Assembly (NCBI GenBank): GCA_965644315.1
Contig: CBFFRQ010000053.1
Coordinates: forward strand, 612,662 to 676,661
Length of the DNA stretch: 64,000 bases
Direction: 5' to 3'
DNA from: Caecitellus pseudoparvulus
Taxonomy: Eukaryota; Protista; Bigyra: Bicosoecida
The position numbers and the translations under genes are program-made. The notes beneath the pieces are model-generated. The model made no database searches. It was not told where the DNA came from and saw only the letters and a program-made list of their open reading frames with translations. The stretch's first letter is position 1; every line of letters begins with the position of its first letter. Shown piece after piece: positions 23,157 through 36,686 of the stretch.

Positions 23157-23600
23157 TCACGTGCCCTTGCCCCGTCGGCGCAAGTGTTTGCGTCGGCCCA
23201 CAGCCTGGTCCTCCGAAATGCAGACGAGTGTGGGCAGCTTGATGACTTCCTCAGGCATCTTCACTTTCACGTCCTGGCACTGCACTTGCAGCAGGCTGCG
23301 CCCTGCATCGACGCCAGGCACAGGCACCGAGTTGACGGCGTGCAGGCGGCCGGAGACATGAACTGCTGCGGAGCTGTCAACACCTGACGACAGCTCTGCA
23401 TCCATGGCCTGCGCGAGGTCGACATGTTGGAGTAGAGTGCGGGCCATTTGGTGCCAGGGGCCGCTTGTGTCGCCTCCACTCACCTCAGCAAGCGCCGTGC
23501 GCAGTGCGGTTTTTGCGGCAGCCTCCAAGCCAGGCTCCTCAGCCATGGCGGCCTCCAAAGCCAGGGCGAGGCTTGTATGCTGGTACAGAGCGTACGTCAT
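23157..23600 (-). CDS. Divergent TFIIA gamma (small) subunit-like protein
   Basis: MTYALYQHTSLALAL (cf. YELYRxSTIG), MARTLLQHVD..AMDAEL (cf. LAxxVLxxFDxxMxxAL), VHVSGRLHAV (cf. vxxKGxLHTY), and a C-terminal beta region ending LVCISED. Confidence 0.55.
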   Translation of the reverse strand: MTYALYQHTSLALALEAAMAEEPGLEAAAKTALRTALAEVSGGDTSGPWHQMARTLLQHVDLAQAMDAELSSGVDSSAAVHVSGRLHAVNSVPVPGVDAGRSLLQVQCQDVKVKMPEEVIKLPTLVCISEDQAVGRRKHLRRRGKGT

Positions 23601-24123
23601 TGTACAAGGTAGCTACCACAGTCTCGGCCGAAGGCTGTGGTTGTTCAAAGGCTGAAGAACCCTTTCAAGCTGGCTAGTGCCCCAGCTCCACGAAGAGCGC
23701 AAGGTTCAGCATGTGACGCTTGCAGGCCAGCGAGCACTGGCTCGCAAGCACGAGTGCGAAGCGCATGTTTTGATCATGTTGACCTCCCCGTTGTTGCCGG
23801 GGGAGGGGGGGCGCCCGCACTGCGGAGCAGGGGGGCCAAGCAAGGGGGAGTTGGCAGGCTGTCACAGCCACCAGCATTGCCCATCAAGACCTGCCTCGCA
23901 GTAAATCACCGCACGCACACAATTGTCCTCTGATGCTATCGGGTGCGACCTGCACGTGCACAGCCCTTGTTTGCAGCCCGTGCAGCTTCAGCGTCACCTG
24001 CGAGAATCCGTCGACGCAGTCGGCTTCGCGTTTCACGAGGAAGCCAGCGTTTCGTGAGCTCCAGCGCCAGCGCTTTGGGGAGCTCCTCTGCGGCAGCGCG
24101 GGGGACCACTTGACAGGTGCGAA

Positions 24124-25521
24124 ATGGGGAACAGGCAGACTCACATGGGGGGCAAGGCTGGGGACGGGCCGACGAGGCGCGTCGGTGCGGCAGGACACGT
24201 CGGGGGGGGGCGAGCCCCGGCGGCGGCGGCGGCAAGCTCAGACGCCGAAGGCAAGGACGATGCCATTGACATTTATGCCAAACTGGGCACTGGTGCCTCT
24301 GGGAAGAAGCTGAGCATGGAGGACTTCGACGCGCTGGCGGTGCGTCCCGGCGCCAGCGTCGTGCCTGCCCTCGCTGCAACTGCATGGAGGGCCACCCCGC
24401 CGGTGCACAGGTGTTGGGCAAGGGTGCCTTTGCCAAGGTCATGTTGGTGCGGTTGAAGGCTACAGATGAGTTGTTTGCCATGAAGATCCTGAAGAAGTCG
24501 GAGATGCTGCGCCGGAAGCAGCTGGAACACACAAAGACCGAGCGAAGTGCGTGTGTGCTCTGCGGCAGCTGGCGCGACAGGCACACCCGCACCGAAGCGT
24601 GGAGAGGGGGCCTCGCGCCACCCTTGCCACAGGCGCGCCCCACCGCCCCCCTGCCTGCCCCCCCTCGCAGACGTCTTGCAGGCTGTGGACCACTACTACA
24701 TCGTGAAGCTGCGGTACGCGTGGCAGACGGACGACAAGCTGTACGTGGTGGTGGACTACTGCCCCGGCGGCGAGCTCTTCTTCTGGCTGCGCAAGCACCA
24801 GACCTTCTCCGAGTCCCGCGTGAAGCTGTACGGGGCGGAGCTGGCCCTGGCCCTCGCCCACCTGCACGAGATGGACGTCGTCTACCGCGACCTGAAGCCC
24901 GAGAACATCCTGCTGGACGCCGACGGCCACATCCAGCTGGCAGACTTCGGGCTGAGCAAGGAGGACGTGACCTCCTTTACACCAGGGGAGGGCGCCACGC
25001 ACACGTTCTGCGGCACGCCGGAGTACATCGCCCCCGAGGTGCTGCTGCAGCAGGAGGGGCACGGTAAGGCGGTGGACTGGTGGAGCCTGGGCACGCTCAT
25101 GTACGAGATGCTGAGCGGGCTGCCGCCCTTCTACGACGAGAACATCGAGACCATGTACAAGAAGATCATGACGGAGACGCTGACGTTCCCGGACCACTTC
25201 TCCCCCGAGGCGTGCGACCTGCTCAAGGGCATGCTGACGCGCGACCCCGCCAAGCGCCTGGGCAGTGTGCGGGGCGCTGAGGACGTCCTGCGGCACCCCT
25301 TCTTCGCTGACCTGGACGTGGAGGGCGTCATGCTGCGGGAGGTGGCCCCCGAGTTCGTGCCGCCCACCAAGAAGGCCGGCGTCGGCAACTTCGACAAGGA
25401 GTTCACCAGCGAGGCGCCCGTGGATTCTCTGGCTGGGCACCAGCTGTCCTCCACCGCCGTGGAGCGCGCCAACATCGAAGGCTTCACCTTTGTGGGGGAC
25501 AGCCACATGGGGCACAAGTGA
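24124..25521 (+). CDS. AGC-family Ser/Thr kinase (Akt/SGK/S6K-like) without a PH domain
   Basis: GKGAFAKV, FAMK, YRDLKPEN, DFG, TFCGTPEYIAPE, NFDKEFT turn motif, hydrophobic motif IEGFTFV. Introns at 24340-24410 and 24547-24670. The N-terminal MGNRQT is a possible myristoylation site. Confidence 0.93.
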
Positions 25522-25567
25522 GCAGGCTCACCCCCCACCCACCCTGGACGTCAACTGTGCAATGCAT

Positions 25568-26932
25568 TCAGCGCGCTGCGCCGCCCCGGCCCGCGGCACC
25601 TGCCTGTGCCGAGGCGGCCTTGGTTGCCACGAGGCCCGGCTGGGCGGCAGGCGACGCACCAGCCAGGCGCCGGCGGGTGCCAGCGGGCCTGCGCCCATGT
25701 GCCGCTTCGGCTGCCGTGGCTGTGCTCTTGGACACGGCGCCTGCGCGCAGTGACCGCGTGGAGGGCAGGCGGCCCGCCCGCTTCGCCGACGCCGACGCGG
25801 AGATTGCCCGGTCCCGTCCCATGGCTGCCTGGAAGGCGGGGAAGTTGTGTTTGAAGTTGTAGGCGAGGTGCAGGAGGGGCGTGGGGGGGGCCACCTCCAG
25901 GACGTCGCCTGGTCGCAGGCGACCCAGTGCGAACGGCCCGTACTCCAGGCGGTGCAGCTGCACGACGATGCAGCCGAAGACTCGCGTCATGTTCTTGATC
26001 TCGTTGCGCTTGCCCTCTGCCAGGGTCATGCGCAGCCAGGTGTGCGCGCCCTCGTGTGTCAGCACAGCCGCCGACACCGGCGCGTACTGCACCCCCTCCA
26101 CTCGCAAGCCGCGGGCGAGCGCCTTGACCATCTTGTCCACTCGCTTGGCGCCGCCCTGCTCGGGGCCGCCGTGCCACACGCGCACACGGTACACGCGTGT
26201 CAGGCCCGCGGCAGGGTGCTCCAGGAACCGCGAGAAGTCCCCGTCATTCGTCAGCAGCAGCAGGCCCTCCGTATTGAAGTCCAGGCGGCCGACTGGGTGC
26301 AGGCCGGGCGGCACGCCCATGGCTTCCAGGCGCGCCTGCACACTGGGGCGGCCTTGGGGGTCGCTGCGGGACACCAGCTCCCCCTTGAGCTTGTGCGCCA
26401 GGAAGACCTTGACGGGGGGCACGGAGCGCGCGACGGGCACGCCGTCCACACGCACCGTGGCGCCGGGTGGGACGTTGAAGGCGGGGGACCGCACCGCCTC
26501 CCCGTCCACCTGCACCCTGCCACCCATGACGATGGTCTCGCACTGCCGGCGGGAGCCCATGCCCCGCCGGGACAGGTACTTGGCGATGCGTTCGCCGGCC
26601 TTGCCGCCTGCCTTCACCGGCGGCGCCGCCAGCACATCTGACATCTTTGCGACGTCTTTGGGAAGCTGTTTGGGCGGCGCCACTGCGGCTTCAAGTGGCG
26701 ACAGCGCGCCCTCTGTTTGGGTCTCCGGGGCCTTGCGCGCCGGCGCCGGCGCTTGCGAGGAGAAGGGGGCGATGCGGAAATCGAACGCGAAATCCGCACT
26801 TGGCACCCCTCCCTGCGGCGCCCACAGCATGGCCGAGGCAGGGCTGATGCTGTTCACGGACAGCCCACATGCCGCAAAGCGCTGCCTGGCCACAGCAGCT
26901 CGCAAGGCACTCCCGAACGACGCCGCGGCCAT
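25568..26932 (-). CDS. RsuA/RluB-family pseudouridine synthase with S4 domain, probably organelle-targeted
   Basis: S4 domain ERIAKYLSRRGMGSRRQCE..GRVQVDG, HKLKGELVSRSDPQGR, catalytic VGRLDFNTEGLLLLTNDG, and LAEGKRNEIK. The N-terminus is Arg/Ala/Ser-rich and transit-peptide-like. Confidence 0.9.
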   Translation of the reverse strand: MAAASFGSALRAAVARQRFAACGLSVNSISPASAMLWAPQGGVPSADFAFDFRIAPFSSQAPAPARKAPETQTEGALSPLEAAVAPPKQLPKDVAKMSDVLAAPPVKAGGKAGERIAKYLSRRGMGSRRQCETIVMGGRVQVDGEAVRSPAFNVPPGATVRVDGVPVARSVPPVKVFLAHKLKGELVSRSDPQGRPSVQARLEAMGVPPGLHPVGRLDFNTEGLLLLTNDGDFSRFLEHPAAGLTRVYRVRVWHGGPEQGGAKRVDKMVKALARGLRVEGVQYAPVSAAVLTHEGAHTWLRMTLAEGKRNEIKNMTRVFGCIVVQLHRLEYGPFALGRLRPGDVLEVAPPTPLLHLAYNFKHNFPAFQAAMGRDRAISASASAKRAGRLPSTRSLRAGAVSKSTATAAEAAHGRRPAGTRRRLAGASPAAQPGLVATKAASAQAGAAGRGGAAR

Positions 26933-27099
26933 GTTTCCTGCTCGCCTGCAATTCCACGCACGAAACGCCGGCAGCGAGAAGCAGCCCCAGGGCCACAGAC
27001 GGCACGAGGCTGGGCGGCACTGAGATGTGCCGTGTCATGTTTGCAACACAGACTGCATTGCCCCACTGCAGTGGGGTGCCCCCCCCCGGCTCGCGGGGG

Positions 27100-28734
27100 C
27101 TAGTCCGAGAAGTCATCGTCATCCCCCAGCTCGTCGCCCAAGTCACTCTGGCTGGTGGAGGAGAAGTCCCCGTCCTCCGCCAGGTCGTCGTCGAACTCGC
27201 TGCCGGTGTCGTCATCGTCGTCCCCACCCGCCATGCTGCCCATGACCCGCCCCCCTGGCGCCCCCCCTCCCCCCGGTACTGCGGCACGCCACCCGCAGCG
27301 GCCGGCGCAGCGAACGCCCCTGCGCCGCCCCGAAAGCCCCCTCCCCGCGCCGCCACGGCACTGGGGTCCCCCGCATAGTCTTCGTCGCTGTACGAGTCTT
27401 CATCCCCCCCGTCCCCCTCCTGGCCTCGGAACAACTCCCTGTCCTGGGCGCGCCACTTGTCTTGCAGGCGCTGCAGTGCTCGGTGGGACGCCTCCATCTT
27501 CGCCTTCTCCCGCTTGGAGATGAGGTCCAGCTGGTGCTCCAGGTAGTCTGCGAAGCGGGGCGTGTGTGTGTGTGTGTGTGTGTTGCTGGGCGGGTCTCAC
27601 CCTCGCGGCACGCACGCAGGTTCCGGAAGCGCAGCATGTACGCTTCATACTCCTCCGCCAGCTCGCCCTCCAGGCGCTCGTACTCGTCCATGAAGGCGGG
27701 TCGCTGGTTGGCCAGGGCGGCCATGCGCTTCTCCTTGCGCTCTTTCTCCTTGGTCTTCTTGGCAGCCTTGGCGGCGAGGGCCTCCTTGTCCGCCTCCAGC
27801 TCAGCCACCTGCCGCTCCAGGGCCTCCACCTCGCCCTGCACGCTCTCGATGCTCTGTCGGATGCTCTTCTGCAGGTGGTCGTGCTCCGACCGGGAGTCCA
27901 GGTTGGACCCCACCGCATCCAGGAACTGCAGCGCACGCGCCCGGGCCTCACGAAGTTTGGGCTCCTCCTCCAGCAGCCCGTCAAGGCGCGCGCCACGGGT
28001 GGTGATCTCGCTGGCCAGCGCGCCCATGCTGGTCAGCTCAGACAGGCGGGAGGCAGCGCCGACGGTGGCATCCACGGCGTCCTCCGCCTCCGCTGCCAGC
28101 GCCACTTGCAGGTCACCGCCCGCCTCCACCAGGGCCTTGTTGGAGCGCAGGGCCTTGTACAGGACACGGGCGATCTTCAGCAGCTCGCGCACGGCACGGC
28201 CGTCGGCGGCGTACAGGTTCTTCGCCTTCAGCGCGATGCGGGCCCGCTGGGCCATGGCCTGTGGCGTTTTGGAGGGGGAGCGTGACGAGGCGGGCGACGG
28301 GTGCCAGCCACGGCCGTGCGCCCGCACCTGCACTGCGGAAGTGATGAACTCCACACGATCCTGCTCAGAGTCAATCCTATCGCTGATGCTGATCATGGGG
28401 TCGTACCTGCGGTCCAGCGGGGGGCAAAGCGCGGCAGCGTGAGGTGCGGGCGTTACGGCAGGCGTTTCGCTGCAGCTCTCACCGCTGCACCAGCCAATGC
28501 AGCGTGTCTGCGACGAGCCTGAAGTTCGGCTCCCTGAAGTTCTCCACTGAAATGGGCCTGATGTACCCCAGCGCACGCATGATCTCCGTGAAGTCTGTGA
28601 CAGGGGAGGGCAGGCCCGCTCGGTGCAGGGCAAGGCAAGCGACACACCATGCTGGACAGCTGAAGGCCTGCCAGCAATCTCGTGGTGGGCCCCGAGGCGA
28701 TTGGCAACGCACCTCGCAGCTCACGGTACGCCAT
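27100..28734 (-). CDS. CLUAP1: Clusterin-associated protein 1 / IFT38 (IFT-B2), multi-exon
   Basis: MAYRELR|[38 protein letters not shown]|[41 protein letters not shown]|DYLE, and an acidic tail ending DDDFSD-TAG (27100-02). One apparent frameshift in the G-runs near 27250-27275. Confidence 0.92.
27562..27582. repeat. (GT)n microsatellite in a CLUAP1 intron
   Basis: About 10 GT dinucleotides in a row. Confidence 0.85.
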
Positions 28735-28959
28735 GGTTGTCCTGGGCTTCCCTCCTTACTAGGATGGCGGCGCTTGCAAGCGAGCCGCTGAGGGCGTTTC
28801 TCACAGCCACGCCACGCCGTGCCCGGAGCAGGGCAGCTCGCCGGGCCTCGCTCTGCCACAGACAAGAACCAACGAGCAGTGTAGGGAGCATGTAAAATGC
28901 CTGCATCAGGTTGTCCTTGGCAGCTGGCGTTTGCGTGGCGACTGCATTTGACACTGGCG

Positions 28960-30208
28960 TCAGGCTGCCGGCAGCAGTGCCTGGCGCTCCACCTCCTTGG
29001 GGCACGCAGGGGTGCATGGAAGCGACGCGGCGGTGCCCTCGGCGGCGATGGAAGCGGAGTCACCTTCTCCGCCCTGTGCCTGGCTTGCCGTGAGGGTGTC
29101 GGCGGAGTTGTACAGGAAGATGCCGGCGACGATGACGACGAGGGCGAGGAAGTACAGCCAGGAGAGGCCCTGTCCAAACAGCAGGACACCGACGAGGACG
29201 CCCCACAGGTCGGACGTGAGCATGGACAGGTTGAAGAGGGTGGCGTCCCGCTGCTGCAGGAAGTGTGACGTCAGCACGTACATGGCGAAGAGACACAGAC
29301 CGAAGCCCAGCACCAGCCCCACAGTGGCGCCACTCCACACCACGCCCTGCAAGGTGTGCAGCTCCACCACCAGCAGCTGTACGCCGTTGATGAGGGCGCC
29401 CCAGGCGCCCAGCATGCCCAGGAACTCCACGCGGTCCCCGCCCTTCACGCTGGCCTCCTGGGCCACGTTGGACACGGCGTACAGGAAGGCGCCTGCCAGG
29501 CACAGCAGGTCTCCCACCCACTTGTGCCTGGGGTCCACGCTGTCCCCGCCGATGCCCCCTGCGATGTGCAGGACATCAGACAGCACCAACAGCCCCAGGC
29601 CTGCGAGGCAGACACCCACCCCTGCGTAGTGCCGCCACGTGTACCGCGTGCCCAGGAAGAGGAAGCTGAGCACCATGGCTGAGGGGATGGCAAAGCAGTC
29701 CAGCAGCATGACGCTGGTGATGGTGGTGTACTGGTACGCCATGACCACCAAGAAATTCGCCTCCACATCCGCCAGGGCGATCAGGGCATACTTCCACCAG
29801 GGCATCTGCGCAGGCACGGGCGCAGGCGGGTGACGACGGCTGCGGAAATCGATTCGCCCACACGCAAGCACCTTCGCGCCGCTCACCTGCAGCGAGTGCC
29901 GGCTGCGCGACCTCCACCACCACACCAGATGGGTGGCCAGCATGACGTAGTTCAACGTGCTCTGGGTCGTGGGGATGTGAACCTGCACGGGGGAGGCCGT
30001 CGGCGACCCTGCGAGCGGACTGCCGTTCCGCAGCTGCGCGGTGGAAACGCACGCCTGCCTGGGCCAAGTAGCTGCTGCAGATGCCCGTTCCGGTGATGAA
30101 AAACGTGATCACCTGGCCCAGCAGTAGAGTGCGCAAGGAGCGCCACGGGCCCTGTCCCTCGCCTTGTCCAGTCTGCACTGGGCTGGACGGTTCCACGCAC
30201 TTCGCCAT
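28960..30208 (-). CDS. SLC35F1/F2-family (DMT superfamily) transporter, 3 exons
   Basis: [96 protein letters not shown]. Confidence 0.9.
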
Positions 30209-30463
30209 GTTCGCTGGGGAGATACGGAGCAGGTGGAGACGGGAAGACCTGGCAAACGGGGCACGTGTTCAAATCTGCACTGAAAAATTCCGCCTCGCGA
30301 GTGGTCTTTGCAGGCCGAGATTTGCCCGTGTTAGGGACCTGCCTGCCACCCAAACCCCTCTTTGCTGCGGCAGGGAGCAGCGTTTCTTGCCTGCACCATT
30401 GCCCGCAGCAGCCAGCCCGCCAGGGAAGCTGCGCAGTAACTCCGCGGTGCCTGCTTGGTGAAC

Positions 30464-33042
30464 ATGAAGCTGAAGATCACCGTCCCCCGAAAGCAGCCGC
30501 GTGCGTGTCGCCTGCCGCATGCTGCAGCGCCGGGCCTGCGGCACCCGCCGCCAGCCGAGGTCGCCGCCGGCACAGTAACGCCAGGCCTGCTCAGGCGCTG
30601 CGGCCTGGCAGTGCTGGTGCTACTGTGTGCCTGTTGGGACCAACTGTATCAGCATGTCTGCCCTCTGCGTCCCACGCAGACTCTGAGTGTGTGCCGGCTG
30701 TCGGGTGGACGAGCTCAGGCGTGCTGGTGACGGCGTCCGATGACAGCAGCGTTATGGCGTGGAGCCCTGAGGGGCAAGTGCAAGGCAAGGTTGTCAGTGT
30801 GGACTACAACATCACGGCCATGTCATGGCAGCCTCGAGCACACTCTTCGTCAGGAGAACTGGCAGCCGTGGGGGCCAGCGACGGTGCGTTCTGAAGGCGC
30901 GCACTTCCGCAGTGCCGTTGCGCTTGCGTTTCACGTGCCCACCTTGCTCCGAACCACACAGGTTCACTGCGCCTGGTGCAACTCTCTGGGCGTGAAGAGA
31001 AGAAGGTGGCCGTGACGGCAGGGGCTGCCGTGACGGCAGTGCAGTGGTCCAGCGACGGCACAGCCATCGTGACGGGGGGCGAGGACGGTGCCGTGAAGGT
31101 GTGGTCTGCAGCTGGCATGCTGCGCAGCACGCTGGCGCAGACGGAGTTCCCCGTGTACGCCGCGGCGTGGGGCCCAGACAACGACCGGGTCGCCTTTGCA
31201 GCGGGCGACAAAGTCTTCATCAAGAGCCTCAGCACCGACCGCCGGCAGATGGCGTGGAAGGCGCACCAGGGCGTCGTGCTGAGCCTGGACTGGAACGCCG
31301 TCACGGGCCTCATCGTGACGGGGGGCGAGGACTGCAAGTACAAGGTGTGGGACGCCTTCGGCAAGCCCCTGTTCGCGTCGTCCCCCCTGGACAACGTCGT
31401 CACGGCCGTCAAGTGGCGGCCCGACGGCGCCGCCTTCGTCGCTGGCGCCTACAACACCCTGCGCCTGTGCGACCGGACAGGGTGGAGCCACAGCCGGGAG
31501 AGCCCCGAGATGGGCTCCGTGTACTCGGTGGCGTTCAGCCCCGACGGCACTCAGCTGGTGGCGGGGGGCGGCAGTGGCACCGTCATCATGGCCAGCTTGG
31601 TGGAGGTACGGGAGGCGTGGGGCAGTGTGGAGGCGACCCTGGTGGACCCCACCACCATCACCGTCACGGACGTGTTCACGGAGGCCAGTGAGAACCTGGA
31701 CTTCCGCGGCGACCGCGTCACGCACATGGCGCTGGGCTTCGGGCACCTCGTCGTCACCACCGCGACGCAGTGCTACGTGCACTCCGCCTCCAACTGGCAC
31801 TCCCCCCACATCTTCGACCTTCGTGGGCGGGCGTCCTTGGTGGTCCTGTCTGCGCGCCAGTTCCTCCTCGTGGACTCTGTCGCGGGCGTGCAGGTGTACT
31901 CCTACGAGGGGCGGGCGGGGGGCAACCCGAAGTTCGCAGGCCTGCGACCAGAAGCTTTGAGTGGCGAGGCGCTGGCCCTCGCCGCTGACTCAGTGGCCGT
32001 CATTGACTCCGCCGACGCCAGGGCTGTGCACGTGTTCGAGACGCGCACGGGGCGTGGTCTGCCGGGCGCTTTCAAGCACTCCTGCGAGGTGACGGAGGTG
32101 GCCCTGTCGCAGGGCGGCTCCGGGCTGCAGGAGCGCTACCTGGCGTTCGTGGACACCAACAAGGAGCTCTTCATCACGCCAGTCACCAACCCACGCATTG
32201 AAAAACTCACCGGCATGGTGGACTCCATTGCTTGGTGCTCCTCCTGCGACGTCCTGGTGGCGCTGGCCGACGGTGACATGGTCACGTGGCAACACCCTGC
32301 CGCGGCGTTCGTGGACCGCGACCTGCTCGCCGCAGGCTGCGAACGGCAGCCCCAGCCAGCGTTCGGCAAGCTGCCCAGCATCACCGCCTACGACGAGTCG
32401 CGTGTGACAGTGCAGCGAGGCGATGGCGCCGTCATCACAGCCACTGCTGCGTTGCACGGCCCCATGCTGCATTCGTTTGTGCGCAGCGGAGATTGGCAGT
32501 CAGCCCTCCGCCTGGCGCGCTTTGTCAAGGCCCAGCCTCTCTGGGCAGCCCTGGCGTCCATGGCCATCACCGCCAAGCACCTGGACGCTGCAGAGGTGTC
32601 CCTCGCAGCGCTGGGCGACGTCGCCAAGCTGGTGTACCTGCAGTACATCAAGGAAATACCCTCCCCTGAAGGGCGCAACGCGGAAATGGCGCTGTACCGA
32701 AAGGAGCCGCCCCAAGTGGCGGAGGACATCCTCCTGCAGGCGACGCCACCCCTCGTGTACCGCGCCATCAAGCTCAACACGCGCCTGTACCGGTGGGAGC
32801 GTGCGCTGGCCATTGCTGAGCGGTTCGGCGAGCACCTGGACACCGTGCGTGGCTACAGGCAGCGGCACCTGGATGCGACCCACCGGGAGGAGCACTTGTC
32901 TGCCTTCCTGAAGTATGCTGACAGGGGCCCTGTGGACTGGTCGGCCATCCAAGCCGCCAAGGCGGCGTCCAAGCAAGCGGAGGCAAGCCAGAGCGGCGCC
33001 GCAGCGCGGGGAGGCGGCGGCGGCGGGAAGGCCGACGACTGA
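30464..33042 (+). CDS. IFT80: Intraflagellar transport protein 80 (WD40, IFT-B2)
   Basis: GREEKKV, TGGEDGAVKVWSAAGMLRSTL, WKAHQGVVLSLDWN, GGEDCKYKVWDAFG, NWHSPHIFDL, ALRLARFVK, YRAIKLN..WERAL..HLDTVRGYRQ. Introns at 30501-30679 and 30884-30961. Confidence 0.95.
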
Positions 33043-33063
33043 CCGCAAGACACACACAATGCA

Positions 33064-33518
33064 TTACACCGTCTTGCGGCTGGCCACGACGCGGGAAATG
33101 CTGCCCAGCCCGCCCTGCTTCAGCAGCGCCGCATGCCACTTGAGCATGCTGCTGCACTCGTGTGTCTCAGCCATGGCCCGGTACACATACTTCATGGCCA
33201 TGTCACATTGGGGCGTGTTCAATGTCTTGGCCACCGTGCTAATCTTCGCGTCTGGCACAGCGCCCATGGCCTTGTACACCAGCTGTGCGTGCTGGGCCTG
33301 CGCTCGGCGAGCAGGCGGCCAGTGCAGCCTGCGGCAGTGCACCAGCGGAAGTTGGCGGCGACCCCACGCACCTTGACGTCCTCATCCTTTGAGTGCAGGG
33401 GCGCGTAGTCCATGGCCGCTGCCACAGCGCCAGCGATGTTTCCCGCTTGCATCTCTGCATCCACAGCCCCCTTCGCCTCGGCCAGTGTGGCTTGCCAGTC
33501 AGCCTCCCCGTCAGCCAT
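33064..33518 (-). CDS. ARPC5: Arp2/3 complex subunit 5
   Basis: APLHSKDEDVK|AQHA.., CDMAMKYVYRAM, MLKWHAALLKQGGLGSISRVVASRKTV-TAA. Intron at 33298-33371. Confidence 0.9.
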
Positions 33519-33710
33519 GGCGCTGCAAACTGAGTGCTCTCCGCCTGGTTCACCAACTCTTCCCTGTGCCGGCGAACAGGAGTGCGCAGGCAGGCCTGGT
33601 GTACCGCTGATCTTCAAGGGGTTGCATTGGTGGGGCTTGTGTGTGCGGGGCGGGATTTGGCCACACCTCGGGAAGTGCACCGGCAGCACCGCCACCCCGC
33701 CGACGCTCGC

Positions 33711-36449
<2,739 letters not shown>

Positions 36450-36686
36450 GACACTGCCTGGTTGAGGGGACTGCCGACAGAGCACTGGGGTGGCGGGCCC
36501 AAATTCCGCACGACCGAACCGCCCGGGGCACTGCCAGGAAACGCTGCAGGCACAGACGCAACGTGGAGCACGCGCCTCCACGTGATGCTGCAGAGCGGTT
36601 TCTGGTTTGTCGACGTGCGGCGAGTGTCGGTGCGCTGTGTCTGAGGTGTGGGGTGCACACAAACGCTGCATTTCAGCGTATGAGAA

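Noticed and set aside
27245-27280. Programmed frameshift or pseudogenisation of CLUAP1
   Set aside because: It is a single shift within G/C homopolymer runs in an otherwise intact gene, most simply a sequencing indel.
36450-36671. N-terminal extension of CDC5L and apparent read-through of its introns in the 986-aa ORF
   Set aside because: The conserved start is MRVRVKGG at 36449. The 73-nt and 71-nt introns happen to sum to a multiple of 3, so the ORF finder ran through exon 2 in the wrong frame.
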